Below, piece by piece: positions 22,943-35,408 of a stretch of 64,000 bases of DNA; position 1 is the first letter of the stretch; the number at the start of each line of letters is the position of its first letter. This DNA is from Emiliania huxleyi CCMP1516. Taxonomy: Eukaryota. Position numbers and translations under genes: made by a program. The stretch is taken from the NCBI RefSeq assembly GCF_000372725.1, contig NW_005201287.1, positions 1 to 64,000 on the forward strand, read 5' to 3'. The notes under the pieces were generated by a model, which did not search any database, had not been told where the DNA came from, and worked only from the letters and a program-made list of their open reading frames with translations.

Positions 22943-23485
22943 ATGACGCTCAAGGCGGGCGAGGTCCGAGCGTACCTGCTCGCCAACGGCGTCACGAAAG
23001 CTCAGTACGACAAGGCGGAGGGGAGGGGCCTCTCGGGCTTGCAAGAGCTGGCGGAATCGGTGAACTGCACGCTCAAGGACGAGGAGACGGTGCGCATGGC
23101 TGTCGCGGCGGCCAGCGCAGAGAAGAAGGCGACGACTTCGGAAGCGGCCCTCACGCCGCTCACGGCGGAAGAGCGGAAACGCTTCGCAGCCGCGTTCGAG
23201 CACTTCGACAAGGACAAATCTGGGGAGCTTGACGTCAAGGAGTTTCGAAGCGCGATGCTCGACAGCGGGATGTGTCCTTACCCGTACGAGCAGGAGGAGC
23301 TTTTCAAGACGGCGGACATGGACGGCTCGGGCACCATCACCTTTGAGGAGTACTGCCACTTCATCCAAGTCTACCGCGCAAAGCAGAGCTGGTGGGAGCG
23401 CATGATGGAGTCGATGACGGACAAATTCATGCCCAAGCCCTCGTACCTCACCAAGACAGCGGCCAGCGCCGCGGAGCTGCATTAA
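22943..23485 (+). CDS. EF-hand calcium-binding protein
   Basis: Two canonical EF loops, DKDKSGELDVKE and DMDGSGTITFEE. Confidence 0.88.
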   Translation: MTLKAGEVRAYLLANGVTKAQYDKAEGRGLSGLQELAESVNCTLKDEETVRMAVAAASAEKKATTSEAALTPLTAEERKRFAAAFEHFDKDKSGELDVKEFRSAMLDSGMCPYPYEQEELFKTADMDGSGTITFEEYCHFIQVYRAKQSWWERMMESMTDKFMPKPSYLTKTAASAAELH

Positions 23486-24639
23486 GCACCGGCGACATGC
23501 ACCCGCTGCAGCGGCGGTCGCAAGCGCGGTCCCGTGCCGTCTTTGGCGCGCGGTCCGTTGTGCGGCCACGCGGTGGGAGCTCATCGCTCTGCGAGCTCGA
23601 CCCGGCACGAGAACCCGCGGTCTGAAGCCCTCTCTCCGTTGATAGTGTCTGTCTCCATCTCCGCGTCCGAGAGCTCCACGCGCGCTCTCTCTTATTTCTC
23701 TCTCTCGTCTCTGTCTGTGTATTCGTAACACTTAACTTTTGTCGTGCGGACGAGTCGTGGAGCGATTCTAAAATCAGGTCTGCCACTGGGCGGACATCGG
23801 CCGTCCCTCAGTGCTTCCAGCCTGCCCGCTTGAGTTTCCTCAAATTGGCTCGAATTTTGCTTTAAAAAAAAGAATAGCGCCGATCGCGACGGCTGTCGTC
23901 GGGGCGCCGGCAGGTGCCGCGCACAGAGGGTGCCACCGGACCGTCCGACGCGCGCCCGGCGGAGCCTTCGTCGTCCACGGCGGGCCGAACACCCCCGCGT
24001 CGCTTCTCGGCGCATTGGAGAGCAGAGGAAGCTGCTGGCGTCGCCGCTGGGATCGGCGGCGGCGCCAGCAGCGTTCTCGGATCTGAAGCCGACTTTGAGC
24101 GCCGATCGATCGATCTGAGGGCTGGCCGATGGGTGGCGCTGGGACATCGCCGCCGCCGCGGAGGCCGGCGGCGACCAGAGGAGCGGTTGGGGCGCGTGGC
24201 GCATATGTTACCTGCCAAGTGAGCATTCAAGTGTGCTTCGAGATTTATTCGAGATTTGAAACTTAGATGTCCGTTTTCAGTGGGGAGGTGGCAGACCTGA
24301 TCTTAGAATCGCTCCGTGGCGACTCTCGGTCTCGCGCTGCACGCGCTGCCGCTGGGACGTGCGCACGTGGCACGTGACGAGGACGTGGGACCTGGGTCTG
24401 CCCGCCTCGGCGCCTGTCCGCTCCGCTGGCGTTGAGCCATCGCGGCGGCCAACGAACGCACAAGTTTAAAGTATTTCGCCCTTTCCGCAAGTGCCAAGAC
24501 CCTGTGACGTACGCGCGGATACTCTCTATACACGCGGTGACCGCGTTCTACTCTCGCTCTCGTCTCGCGTGCGCCAGGGGAAGAGACTCACACACCACTC
24601 ACCACACACCAGTGTCTCTGCTAGCTCAACTTCTAGCTC

Positions 24640-27373
24640 TCAGGACGCGGGACCTGGCGCCTCGCCGTCCCCGTCGGCGCCTTCACTAACGGCGCTATCC
24701 GCATCGACGTCGATCTCTACCCGGCGGCCACGCTCATCGTAGTTGGGGTCGTCCCGCTTCGACCGCGCGTCCAGCACGGCCTGCACGTAGCCGACGCCCA
24801 AGCCGAGGGCGGTGCCGACGAGGAGCAAGGTGAGCTCGTCCTGCTGGAAGATCGGGTGCAAGAGGCCCTCGAACTCGCGCGGCGAGAGGCGGCGCAGGTT
24901 GGTCTTGAGCGTGTCCTGCTGGGCGCGACGGAATCAGCGCTGCGCCGGAGCCCACGGGGTGCCATGCGGGAGGGGCGCGGTGCGAGGGAGTCGGCGGCGG
25001 AGGGAGTCGGGGAGTCGGCGGCGGAGGTGCGCGTGTGGCCGCGGGCGGTACCGCCTTGAGGCAGAGGGCTCGATGTGCTCTCGGCGTGCTCTCGGCGTGC
25101 TCTCGGCGTGCTCTCGGCGTGCTCTCGGTGCGGCGCCTTGAGGTCGAGGGCTCCGTCGATGTAGCCGTGGGCGAGCGGCAGCTCGCGCGGCAGCAGCTGC
25201 AGGATGCGCTCCGAAGCGCGCTCCTCGAGGCCACGCCAGTGCGCTGCGCCTCCGAACGCCGTCGGGTCTGAGCCGCTGTAGACGACAGCCTGAGCGAGGG
25301 CGAGCGGCGCAAGGGCTGTCCGGGCGTGGTGCGGGAGAGGCGGCGGGTGCGTGTGCTGGCTTACCGCGGCGCCGGACATGAACTCGGAGGTGCGAGCGCG
25401 GAGGAGCGCGGCGAACTTTGGACCCCCCGAGCCGTGCAGCACGCTGTCCCAGATCGACTCGGAGGAGAGGAGCTTCTCCGTCATCGCCTGCGTGCGATGA
25501 GGGGTGTCACGCCGCTCCTGGGTGGCTCTGCCTCAGCACCGCAGGGCGCGCCTCCGCAAACTCCTCGGACACCTCGTGCTGCCGCTTCAGGAAGAGACCT
25601 AGGGAGAGGCGTCGCCGCAGTGCGTCCTCCCGCGCCACCCGCGCGGCCTCCCAACGCCGGGAGCCACCACGCCGGGAGCCACCTTGCACGACCCTCGGCC
25701 CGAACTAGCCCTAACCCTAACCCTAGGAGCCACCTTGCACGACCCACGGCCCGAACCGCGTGGGCTCGACGGGCTCGAAGATGAGCTTGAGCGCGAGCCA
25801 GTTGGTCAGATAGCCGACCACCGCGCCGCCGACGGCGAGGGTCCACGCGCGCTCGTACAGGAGCCAGATCAGCATCTGCACGACGCCTGGTGGCGGCGGG
25901 TCGGGGGCGTGCGAGAGAGGCGGCGGCCCCGGGAGCTCGGCAGAGCGGCACGAAGCGTCCGCACGCTACCCTGTGGGAGGCTCACCGAGTGCGCAGCCAA
26001 ACGAGAAGCCAGAGTTGACGAGGAACGCGAGCTCCGCCTGGAAGGGGGGAGGGGGGAGGGCTTGGGAGGGGGAGGCCGCCCCGCCGCGCCACGTGCGGCG
26101 GCCGCGCCTTGCCGCAGCGCTGGAAGAGGTCGATGAGCAGCTGCTTCTCGCGCACCATCCCGCCAACCTAATCACTCCCACACTTCATCATTCAATCGGT
26201 CATGCAGATCCTTCTCGCGCGCCGCCCGCCGACCACGATCTCGTCGAAGTCGACCAGCTGCCGCACGCTCGCCTGATCGCGCGCGGGTGGGGCTTACGCA
26301 CCGCAGAGGGGCCGGCGCGCCCCGCGCATGCCTCGCCTGCATGTCGCGAGTGAGGCCCGCGACGAACCGGTGCCGGAGCGCAAGCAGCTCCGCCTGCCGA
26401 GATCACCCGAGATCACCCGAGGTCACCCGAGGTCACCCGAGGTCACCCGAGAGTACGCGGTGGCGTGGACGAGAGCTCCGCCTGCTGCGCCGGATCGAGG
26501 CCCCGCAGGACGGCCTTCCCCGCGCCGACGACGCCTTGCGCGGCGCCCGCGGGCGCTATGTCGGCCACGATGTCTTCGGCGATCCGGTCGACGCCTGGCA
26601 CGGGACGGGTGGCACCTTTCGCACAGCGCCGAGCACAGCCGCGACTAGCTCTGTGCTGCAGCCGCACCGGGCCCGAGCAGCGAGGCGAGCTTCCCCGGGG
26701 AGAGGCGCCGGAAGACCACCTCGACGTCGACCAGCTTGTTGGTGACCAAGTCAGTGATGCGCGCCGCCATCTCGCCCGCCTTTGCTGGCACGATCCCCTG
26801 CCACCCGATCCAGCCCAGAGGCTGGTTCGGGTACGTGCGGAGCCGCAGCCCTCCAAACTCGACGGGGTAAAAGATCATGTCCACGGCAACCTTGTTGGTG
26901 AGCCAGCCGACGGCGCCCGCAAAGAGCGGAATCGTCAGGTACTGCCACCAGCGCGAGCAGAACCGGCGCGCCGCCGCGGACAAGGCGAGCGTCAGCGCAG
27001 CACGGCGCTTACCGTTCCGCCACAACCGGACCGCCGACCAAGCTGGCCAGCAGACGGCGAGCGTCTGGAGCAAGAGCAGGCCGAGCCGGCCGCCGCGACC
27101 CGCCACGGCTAGAGCCGCAAAGGCGCCGCCGACGACAGCCGACCGAACCAGCCCACGACCTGCTGCGCCGTTGGCGGCGGACAGGAGCGGCGGACCGCCC
27201 GCTCGCTGCCAACGGACCGCGAGCGGCTGGCCAGCCAGCAGCGGCGTTGCGGCGGTTTTGGTCACCAGCGTTCGTGGCGCGAATGATGGATGGCAGCGGG
27301 CACCGCTTGCGACGTGTGGCGTCGGCGATAAGGCGAGTGCAGCGGCGAGCACGCTCGCGCCGATCACCGACAT
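24640..27373 (-). CDS. DUF445-like membrane protein, multi-exon, with N-terminal targeting peptide
   Basis: IPLFAGAVGWLTNKVAVDMIFYP, GWQGIVPAKA, C-terminal FEGLLHPIFQQDELTLLLVG; exon boundaries not fully resolved. Confidence 0.8.
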
Positions 27374-27448
27374 ATGTGTGGGCTGCGCGACCGGTTGCAC
27401 GCGCGCGTCGAGAACCGACTCAAGAGCCAGCGCCAGAAAAGAATTTTA

Positions 27449-28347
27449 GCATAGTGGACTAAAGGCGAAAGGGTCTAGATTTGGGGCGCTCGCCGAAGAG
27501 GAGTACGACAAAATAGCGCCCGTGATTGCCTGCACGCTACCCGCACTCACGGACTCCATACCCGAAAGAAAGAGAAGGGAGCTCGCGGGAGAGGTGACGA
27601 GTGAACTACAGGTAGTGGGGAAGGCAGCCTCGATGGCCATACAGACATGGGTGCGAAACAACGACAAGACCAAGGCACGGGCAGAGGAACGAGAGAAGAA
27701 TATAGGGTGGATAAAGCGCCTGTTCACGGCATGGAGGGTGAGCCACACCGAACGTACCGAGCGAAGAGCCGAGCGGAAGGAGGACGGGGAAGATGACTCC
27801 GAGGAGGACGAACCAGTGGAAATTCAGTTGTCAGATGTCACGATGCATCCGAAGGGGACCCCAGCGCCGGCATCATCCGTAGAGGCACGAGTGTTCGAAG
27901 AGAGAGTGGACCTGAGCAACAACATGACCTGTAGGCAAATGATCGGAGTGGGAGTCAGAAATGTGGTCCTTGCGCGAGGGGAGCTCGATAGACTCGAGGG
28001 GCCAGGATACGCCGCGAGGAGGACGGAGTTGCGCCGAAAGGCGAAAGAAGCCGCGAGAACAAGGGACCGGCAGGCGGCGGCGTCGCAGGACGACGCAGAA
28101 GAGAACGACGCGACAGAGGAGGAAATGACAAGGGAGAGAACGACGAGAGTGGGACGACCGCGAGGTGGCATGAAGGCTGCAGCGAGAAGCGGCGAGAGAC
28201 TGCGAAGAGAGATAGGAAGAGGCAGACTCCCTAGGGTGGGCGACGGCTAGCGCATCACACACCTCTCCTTAAAATCCCTGTGTGATGGCGGCGTGCCGTC
28301 CTCCCATCCCTCCCTTGGGTTGTCTGTTTTCTTTCTTTCTTTCTTTC
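27449..28347 (+). mobile_element. Probable 5'-truncated non-LTR retrotransposon 3' end
   Basis: Purine-rich ~265-codon frame lacking a start and ending RLPRVGDG* at 28250; short UTR and (TTTC)n tail. Confidence 0.5.
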
Positions 28348-28586
28348 CGCTCGACCTGGGTTCGAGCCGTGAGGACCTGGGTTCGAATCGCTGTTGGCGG
28401 TAGGGTAGATAAAAAATCTTCTTCCCTATTCACAGGCGCGCGGGATGCGTCGGGTGTGAATGGACATTCTTGCCCAGGTGAGCCGGTGTGTGTGCCAGTC
28501 GCGCTAGTCTCGCCCTTGTCGTGCCAGAAAGAAAGAAAGAAAGAAAACCCGCGCCCAAGAGGGTTGGCTCCCGGCCGAGCACACAA

Positions 28587-29141
28587 ATGGACTTTCCAAT
28601 CGCCTCCGCCGCCGCCGCCCTCCTCTCCGATCTCACCGTGACCAGCTTCACGCTGCGCGCCGCTGCTGCCGTCTCACTCGAGGCGCCGCCGCCGCGCCGT
28701 CGGCCAGTGCAGCCCCACCGCCGCCCGGGGCTCAATCAGCCGGGGCGGAAGCGCTCAACACAGTGGATGCAAAGCGAGGTCGCGCGCCTGCGAGCGCTGC
28801 GCCACAAGCTGGTACACCTCATCGAGGCCGACGAGATGAGGCGAGAGGCAAAAGATGAGGCGGCCACGGCACTTCTAGCACTGCAACGAGCGCGAGAGGT
28901 TTGCGAGGCAAAGGTGCACAGGGCGATGGAGCACGCGTCAGAAGCGGTCGAATACGCGGCGGCGCGACGTGAAAAGCGCCACCGCGAGATCGATTTTGAG
29001 AGCAAGAAGAAGAGGGCTGCGCTTAAAGCTCGGCTCCGTGGCCGCGTCCATCGTTCAGGCCGCAGCTTCGAGCAGGCGTTCGACGCCTTTCTCGGGGCAG
29101 CGAGTCCAGGCTCTTCGGTGCTGGAGGAGTACGGGAAATGA
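28587..29141 (+). CDS. Hypothetical coiled-coil protein
   Basis: MDFPIAS... charged helical region; no family recognised. Confidence 0.35.
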   Translation: MDFPIASAAAALLSDLTVTSFTLRAAAAVSLEAPPPRRRPVQPHRRPGLNQPGRKRSTQWMQSEVARLRALRHKLVHLIEADEMRREAKDEAATALLALQRAREVCEAKVHRAMEHASEAVEYAAARREKRHREIDFESKKKRAALKARLRGRVHRSGRSFEQAFDAFLGAASPGSSVLEEYGK

Positions 29142-29463
29142 GGCGCTCCATGCACCCAGGCAGGGCAAGATGGCGCACTTTGCCGTCACGTCATGCATCA
29201 CTGTCGCTCTGAGACCTCTACTGCATCCTTTGCTGGTGGCGCCTGGGCTTGGACCCTTGATGTGAGGAGGGGAGTGCGAATACACAGTGCACGACCCTCG
29301 AGCTTGCGGTACGTGTCTAAAACCTTTAACGATCTCGAGTACTCGAGAGACAGCGCGATGTCCTCATGTCCACCGGGCGCGTGTGACACACACACGTTGC
29401 ACACGATTGGCTCGGGAGGAGCCGACACGAGGCACACACTGTCACCGGCCGTAGCTACGGCTC

Positions 29464-29840
29464 TAGGGTTGTCAAACGTTAAGAGCTGAACAGTGTTGCT
29501 AGTGTTAACAGTAACAACAGAACAACAGTGGGGCTCCCAAACAACAGTAGCTAACGTTAGGCCGGCTGAACAACAATAAGGAAGGCCTGGCAGTGACCCA
29601 CGACGATCTCCAGCGTCCAGTGCGGGTAATACCCGAAAATACCCGCAACCCGGAAACCCCCAGGTATTTTCCGGGTTTTACCCGGGTTTTTTGCCGTTTT
29701 CTGCTTGCTGGCCGCTGAACAACAGTAACAACAGTAACAACAGTAACAGCATGGGCTGGGGTGAACACTTGAACAACGTTAAGGATTTCAGCCAACACTA
29801 GCGCAACTGTTAGGCCCCAAATTAACGTTAGGCAACCCTA
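29464..29840. mobile_element. MITE with TAGGGTTG termini
   Basis: TAGGGTTGTCAAACGTTAA / TTAACGTTAGGCAACCCTA; internal AACAGTAAC repeats. Confidence 0.65.
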
Positions 29841-30203
29841 GCCGTAGCACCGGGTCCGGACTGCTGGACACACAGCACATAGCTCACAGGACAGCTCACG
29901 AGGTGGCGCTATATAGTGGGGTTCTCGGGGACTGGCAACGGAGAAGAAGGTGGGACACAGGGATGGGGCCACAGAACTCACGAACTGATAACCCACCCCG
30001 CGCCGGGGGCGGTTGCGCGCGCGCGCGCCGGAGTACTTTGGACCCGCAGTCTGGCGCACCGAGAGAGCGACTGAGGAACGGGAGAGGCCCTGAGGGTTGT
30101 TGCGCGCGCGGGGGGGCGGATCGGTGCGCGGTGCCGCAGTGTACTCGGGCTCCGACTCCGGCGAAGGAGCGCTCGTGGGGAGGCTCGCGGAGGAAAGAGG
30201 CGT

Positions 30204-31938
30204 CTGAGCCCTGGTCTGACAGCCTGACAGCAAACCCCGGACAGCGCCTGACAGTGCCCGACAGCCTGACAGCGCTGACAGCACTTTCTCTGACAGTCTG
30301 ACAGCACGTGTCTGACCGCCTGACAGGCGAGGGGTCCCGTCGCTGTCAGGCCCTAACGTGACAGCCTGACAGTTGCCTGACAGCCCGACAGCACACAGTG
30401 GCCTGACAGCAGCGCTGACAGCCCGACAGCAGCACAGACCGTACACAGACCCCGTAGAGCCTCTTTCTTGTGCCCCATGAGGGTATAACAAAACTACATG
30501 CAAAGACATGTGAGTGTGGTCCATGTAGTCATGGGATGGTCATGGGTCTCTCTCTCAACCCTCCCGCCCGCCACCTCTGCGGACCCCTCTCTAGCACCGG
30601 CGGCTGTGCTACTAGCTACCAGCTAGCCTTCTGGTGCCCTACAGTCATATGCCTACGGCGTCTGGGTGGGGGTGGCCGCCGCCGTCTGTGCCGCCGCCGC
30701 CGCCGCCCCGCCTGCGCCGCCATCTGCGCTCCCCAGGCGGCCGCTCCTGCTGGCGTGATCACGCCGTAGGAGGGGTGCAGCTGCGTAGCCGCCGGCGTCA
30801 TCGGCGTCAGCGCCCCCGCCGCCGCCCGGCCAGCGGCCACGGCGGCGTCGACCGCCGCGTTGGTCGCAATCTTCTGCGCCTTGTGCTGCCCCCGCACCTT
30901 GGTCTGCGTGTGGTGCGCTGTGAGCGGGCGCTGCCGAGCCACTTGTGCGCGATCGACACGACCTGCGACCGCCGCGAGAGGAGGGTGAGTGCCCCGCGTG
31001 CGGGTATTGATGGACACACGACGAGGAGAACGCACGTTTGCAGCTCGGCCAGCGTCGGCTTCTCCGCTTCCACCGGCAGGTCGGCGAGCCACGCGCGGAG
31101 GTGCGACTCGCCGGCAGTGTGGCGCAGCACGTTGGAGCAGTTCGAGCCGATCGCGCCAGTCTCCCCGTAGAGCGCGCCCTTCTTCTTGCCGCACAAGGAG
31201 CATTGGTAGTAGCCGAAGTGGCGGTCGAGCTTCTTCACCCCCTGCGAGAGGGAAGCCAGTGGGTGTGGGCGGGAGGGTGATGAAGAGGAGTGTGGCGCCC
31301 ACGCACCTTCTCCACAGACTCGTTGGGCGCTGCAAAGGAGAGGTAGGAAGCCGAGTCACCAGAACAGAGCGTGCAAGTACTACAAGCTGACGAGCGACAA
31401 CAATGGGGAGGCCTTCCGCTGGACCAGCAACTACCAGATCATCAGCAAGGTGTACCTGAAGAAGCACTCCACCCTGCCTCTCTGCTATTCCCTCAGTGCG
31501 GCAGACAAGAAGATGGTGACGTCCACCATGAAAAAGATGGTGGGACCGGAGGCAGAGTAGAGGCTGGAGTATGTGTAGTAGAGTCCTGCTGGTCTCCTAT
31601 TGATAGTGTCATAAGTGTGGCTGGTGTGTGTCAGAGCCTGACAGCACCCCGACAGCACCACCTGACAGCACCTGACAGCAACAGCCCAACGTCTGACAGC
31701 AGCAGCAGCCTGACAGCTCTGACAGCTCCGACAGCGTCTGACAGCAACACCCGACAGCTCCGACAGGACCCGACAGCTACAGATCCCCTCGCCTGTCAGA
31801 CACGCACCCGACAGCACCCGACAGCACTGACAGCACCTGACAGCTGGTCTGACAGAGGCACCTGACAGTGCCTGACAGCTGCCCGACAGACCGACAGATC
31901 ACCTGACAGCACCTGACAGCCTGACAGCCAGGGCTCAG
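30204..31938 (-). mobile_element. Non-autonomous hAT transposon retaining a BED-type zinc finger
   Basis: 11-bp TIR CTGAGCCCTGG/CCAGGGCTCAG; 8-bp TSD AGAGGCGT (30196-30203, 31939-31946); subterminal CTGACAG arrays; YQCSLC...SNVLRHTAGESH. Confidence 0.88.
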
Positions 31939-32227
31939 AGAGGCGTGTGAAGAGTGTGGTTGCATGGAGAGCATACAGTGACGTCGAGTGCATGACGAGA
32001 GATGATGTGCATGTGGTCGCCCCGCGCGAGGATCGAGCAGTGGCCAGAGTGCAAGTTGAGTTCTGACGCAAGAGAGTCAGAGAGAGCCACTCTATTGGTC
32101 TGTCGCGGATATTCGTATATACAGAGGCTTTTCATCGTTTGTTATTTCAACGCGTGTTTCCACGTATAGTCTGTAGTCGCCTGTGGCTGTGCGCGCTGGG
32201 CCGAACCCGAACATCCGAACTGGTCAC

Positions 32228-33931
32228 TCACTCACCCGCGCGGACCTTCTCGAGCTCCACGTCGCGCGCCGCCACCGTCCCCTTGAGCTCCGCCACCTGG
32301 TCGAGCGCGTCGCCGAGCAGCCCCTTGGCCACGCCAAAGTCACGCAGCTGCTCCACGCCGCCGCTCGCCCGCACCTCGGCGGCGTGGTCGGCCACGTAGC
32401 GGCGGCACTGCGCGAGGAGGCGCCCGTCGCCCGTCGTGTGCGCCGCCTCGAGCAGCGGCACGGCGGTCGCCGGCCCGACGCTCTCCTGCAGCGCCTGCGC
32501 GCAGAGCAGCTCGAGGCGCGGCACCTGGTACATCTGCGCCAGCTCCCGCAGGTCGAGCGCGCGCTGCGCCCTGCCGCCCTCCTCCTCACCGAGGTCGAAC
32601 TTGTCGGAGAGGAGGTAGTCGACGAGGGCGGTGAAGCTGGCGAGGGCGGTGTGGGACACCGTGACCTCGGCGGCGTCGCGCTCCTTCATGCCGATGCCAA
32701 ACATGGTCCGAAAGACCGGGGACGGGCGCATAGGACGCACTTGCTCACGTGCTCGATGCGCTCCTCGTCGTCGCCGACCAGGAAGGTGACTTTCCCCTCC
32801 GGGAGGGAAGCGTCGCCCCGCGTCTTTGCGAAGTCAGCTCCAAGGGTCGAAGGCGGAACGACGATCGGGGCAAAGGAGGGAGGCGGAGGAGGCGCCGCCA
32901 CGCAGACCTGGCGGAGGCGGCCATCTCTCGAACTGACCAACAGCGCTCTGACGTCGGAGCTGATGGCGACTTCATCTGGGCTGGCGAAGTCCGCCGCGTC
33001 GCCCACGCCATCAGTGCTGCCACTGGTGCCGCTGCCCGCGATCGTCGTCACCTCCCCCGTCGCCACCTCAACCCGCCGGATCTTGTTGTTCATATAGTCC
33101 GCCACAAACAGCGCGCCGCCGTCTGGGCTGATGGCGATGCCAGTTGGGCAGTAGAACTCCGCCGCGTCGCCCACGCCATCGGCGCTGCCCCTGGTGCTAC
33201 TGCCCGCGACCGTTGTCACAGCGCCCGTCGCCACCTCAACCCGCCGGATCTTGTGATTGAAGAGGTCCGACACAAACAGCGCGCCGCCGTCCGGGCTGAG
33301 GGCAAGGCCACGTGGGCCGCAGAACTCCGCCGCGTCGCCCACGCCGTCCGCGTCGCCATCCTCGCCACTGCCCGCGAGCGTGGTCACAGCGCCAGTCGCC
33401 ACCTCCACCCGCCGGATCTTGTGGTTGACGGAAGTCTGCCACAAACAGTGCGCTCCCGTCTGGGCTGATGGCGATGCCAGCTGGACGGCTGAACTGCGCC
33501 GCGTCGCCCACGCCATCAGCGGCGCCCTCCTCGCCGCTGCCCGCGAGCGTGGCCACCTCGCCAGTCGCCACCTCCACCCGCCGGATCTCATTGCGGCTGT
33601 AGTCCGCCACAAATGCCGCGCCCCCGTCCGGGCTGGCAGCAACGGTGTAGGAGTCTCCTGCCGGCAAGGCTGCAACGCGGCGCACGCGCCCGGCCGTCGA
33701 GACGTGCAGCAGCGAGTCCTTCGTCGCGACGTACCAGGCGCCCGCGTGGTCGCTCGCGACGCGAGCGAGCGATGCCAGAGGGCCGTCCTCGCCCTCGAGC
33801 GTGAGCGTGGAGACCTGTCCGACGACGCGCGCGCCAAAGATGGGCGCCTCGAAGCCATCCGCGACCGGCACGGGCTCCTCGTCCTCCTCACCGCCGCCGG
33901 TGCGGGCGCGCTTGCAGGCGGCGGACGCCAT
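32228..33931 (-). pseudogene. NHL-repeat + BTB/POZ protein with two apparent 1-bp frameshifts
   Basis: Repeats of F..P.GIAISPDG.ALFVAD..NHKIRRV, then HVSKCVLCAR-SPVFRTMF...L...A.MYQVPRLELLC; frame breaks near 33431 and 32723. Confidence 0.8.
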
Positions 33932-34353
33932 TGCCGCGCGATTCGGACACACGCGCTTGTGGGGTGCCAGGTCTGACACGCGGGGTGGGGTATCACTTTG
34001 AGATATATGGTTACCGTTTTGCGCGTTTGCACCGTTATTGAGAGATTGACAGACGTGCTCACGAACGATCCAGGCGCTTGCTGTGCTCGTTCGAGGCACC
34101 GGACATGTGCGTAACACACCCCCTTTTCCCTTTTCGTACCACACACGCACCTTGAAACCGTCCGGACTCGTACCAAGAATTTTCCGAAAATTCCCCCAGG
34201 CGCGCACTCGCCCGTCGCCTGGGGGCGAAACACACGCACACGACACTCGAACGTACCGCGTGTCCCAATACAGCAACGTGTTACGGTGCGTGGAGCCTCG
34301 AGCCTGTTGCTAGCGCTCTCGAGGAGACGCAGACCCAAGACGGGACCGGCGCT

Positions 34354-35408
34354 CTATGGCTCTCTACTGAGATCACCCGTCCCCTCTCGTCTCCTCGCCG
34401 ACCCGCGCCGAGCCGAGGCAGCGGCAGAGCTCCTCGAGGTCATGCCGCCCGCCGACGAGCAGCCTAACAGTGCACCACCGTCGGGCTCGTGCTCAAAGGA
34501 GCGCCACAGACCGCCGCCTCTCCCCGCCGGCCGACGAGCCCGCGCAAAGTGCGTCCGTCGGTCTCGCCTATTGCAACACAGCCCATCACAAACCTGCCGC
34601 TCCCGACAGCGCACACCCCCTCCCGCGCCCGCATGCTGCGCGATGTTGGCGCGCGCGTGCTGCCGCACGGCCGCCGCCGTCCCCTCGTCGGCGCCTCGCA
34701 GCGCGCGCAGGCAGGCGCGGTAGAGGGCGCGGGTCTCTGCTCCCCAGTTCGCGACGCCGCCAGACTCGAGCAGCGCCGACTGGTACTGCTGCCAGCGCGG
34801 TGCCGCCTCGGCGTCGCGCGGCCGGCTCCTCCCCGGCACGCGCCACGCGAGCCCCTATACGCGCCGCCTCCAAGGCAAGGATGAGACGACTGACCCAGGC
34901 TCCCTGTGCCTTCGGGGAGCTGCCACGCCGCGTCGCCGCCGGCGCGCGGGACGCGGACGATCGATCCGCTGCCGGGGCGAGAGAGTCGAGCGTGGTGAGG
35001 CGCGAAGAGAGCGACCGAAGATGCTCAAGTGCGCACCTCGGCCTCCGCTGGGGAGAGGTCCTCTGCACGCCTCCTCGAGCCTCTCCGACCTCTTTAAAGT
35101 GCCGCTCCGCGCGTGCGCGCTCCTCACCCAAGTGGCGGTCGGGATGATGCGTGAGCGCCTTTGCTCGGTACGCCGCCTTGAGGTCCTCTGGGGAGGCATC
35201 CGCCGCAACGCCGAGCAGTCGTCGAGCGGCGTCGTGGGCGGAGGTGGAGAGCTGCCGGGACAGGGTGAGAGAGGAGCGTCGGCCACGCCCAGACCGAGTC
35301 GGTGGAGAAAAGAAGGAGAGGTACCCCCTCTATCGGGGTTATGGGGGGTTTACGAGGTGTGAACGTGAACAGAGTAGCCAGATCGCTGTCGATCGTTACG
35401 GCACGCAT
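34354..35408 (-). CDS. DnaJ-domain protein with a downstream LYR-like motif (spliced; ends uncertain)
   Basis: LLGVAADASPEDLKAAYRAKALTHHPDRH...AERHFKEVGEA (~35218-35080); RALYRACLRALR (~34735-34700). Confidence 0.7.

Noticed and set aside
28353..28390. tRNA gene
   Set aside because: Only a T-arm/B-box-like motif; no cloverleaf
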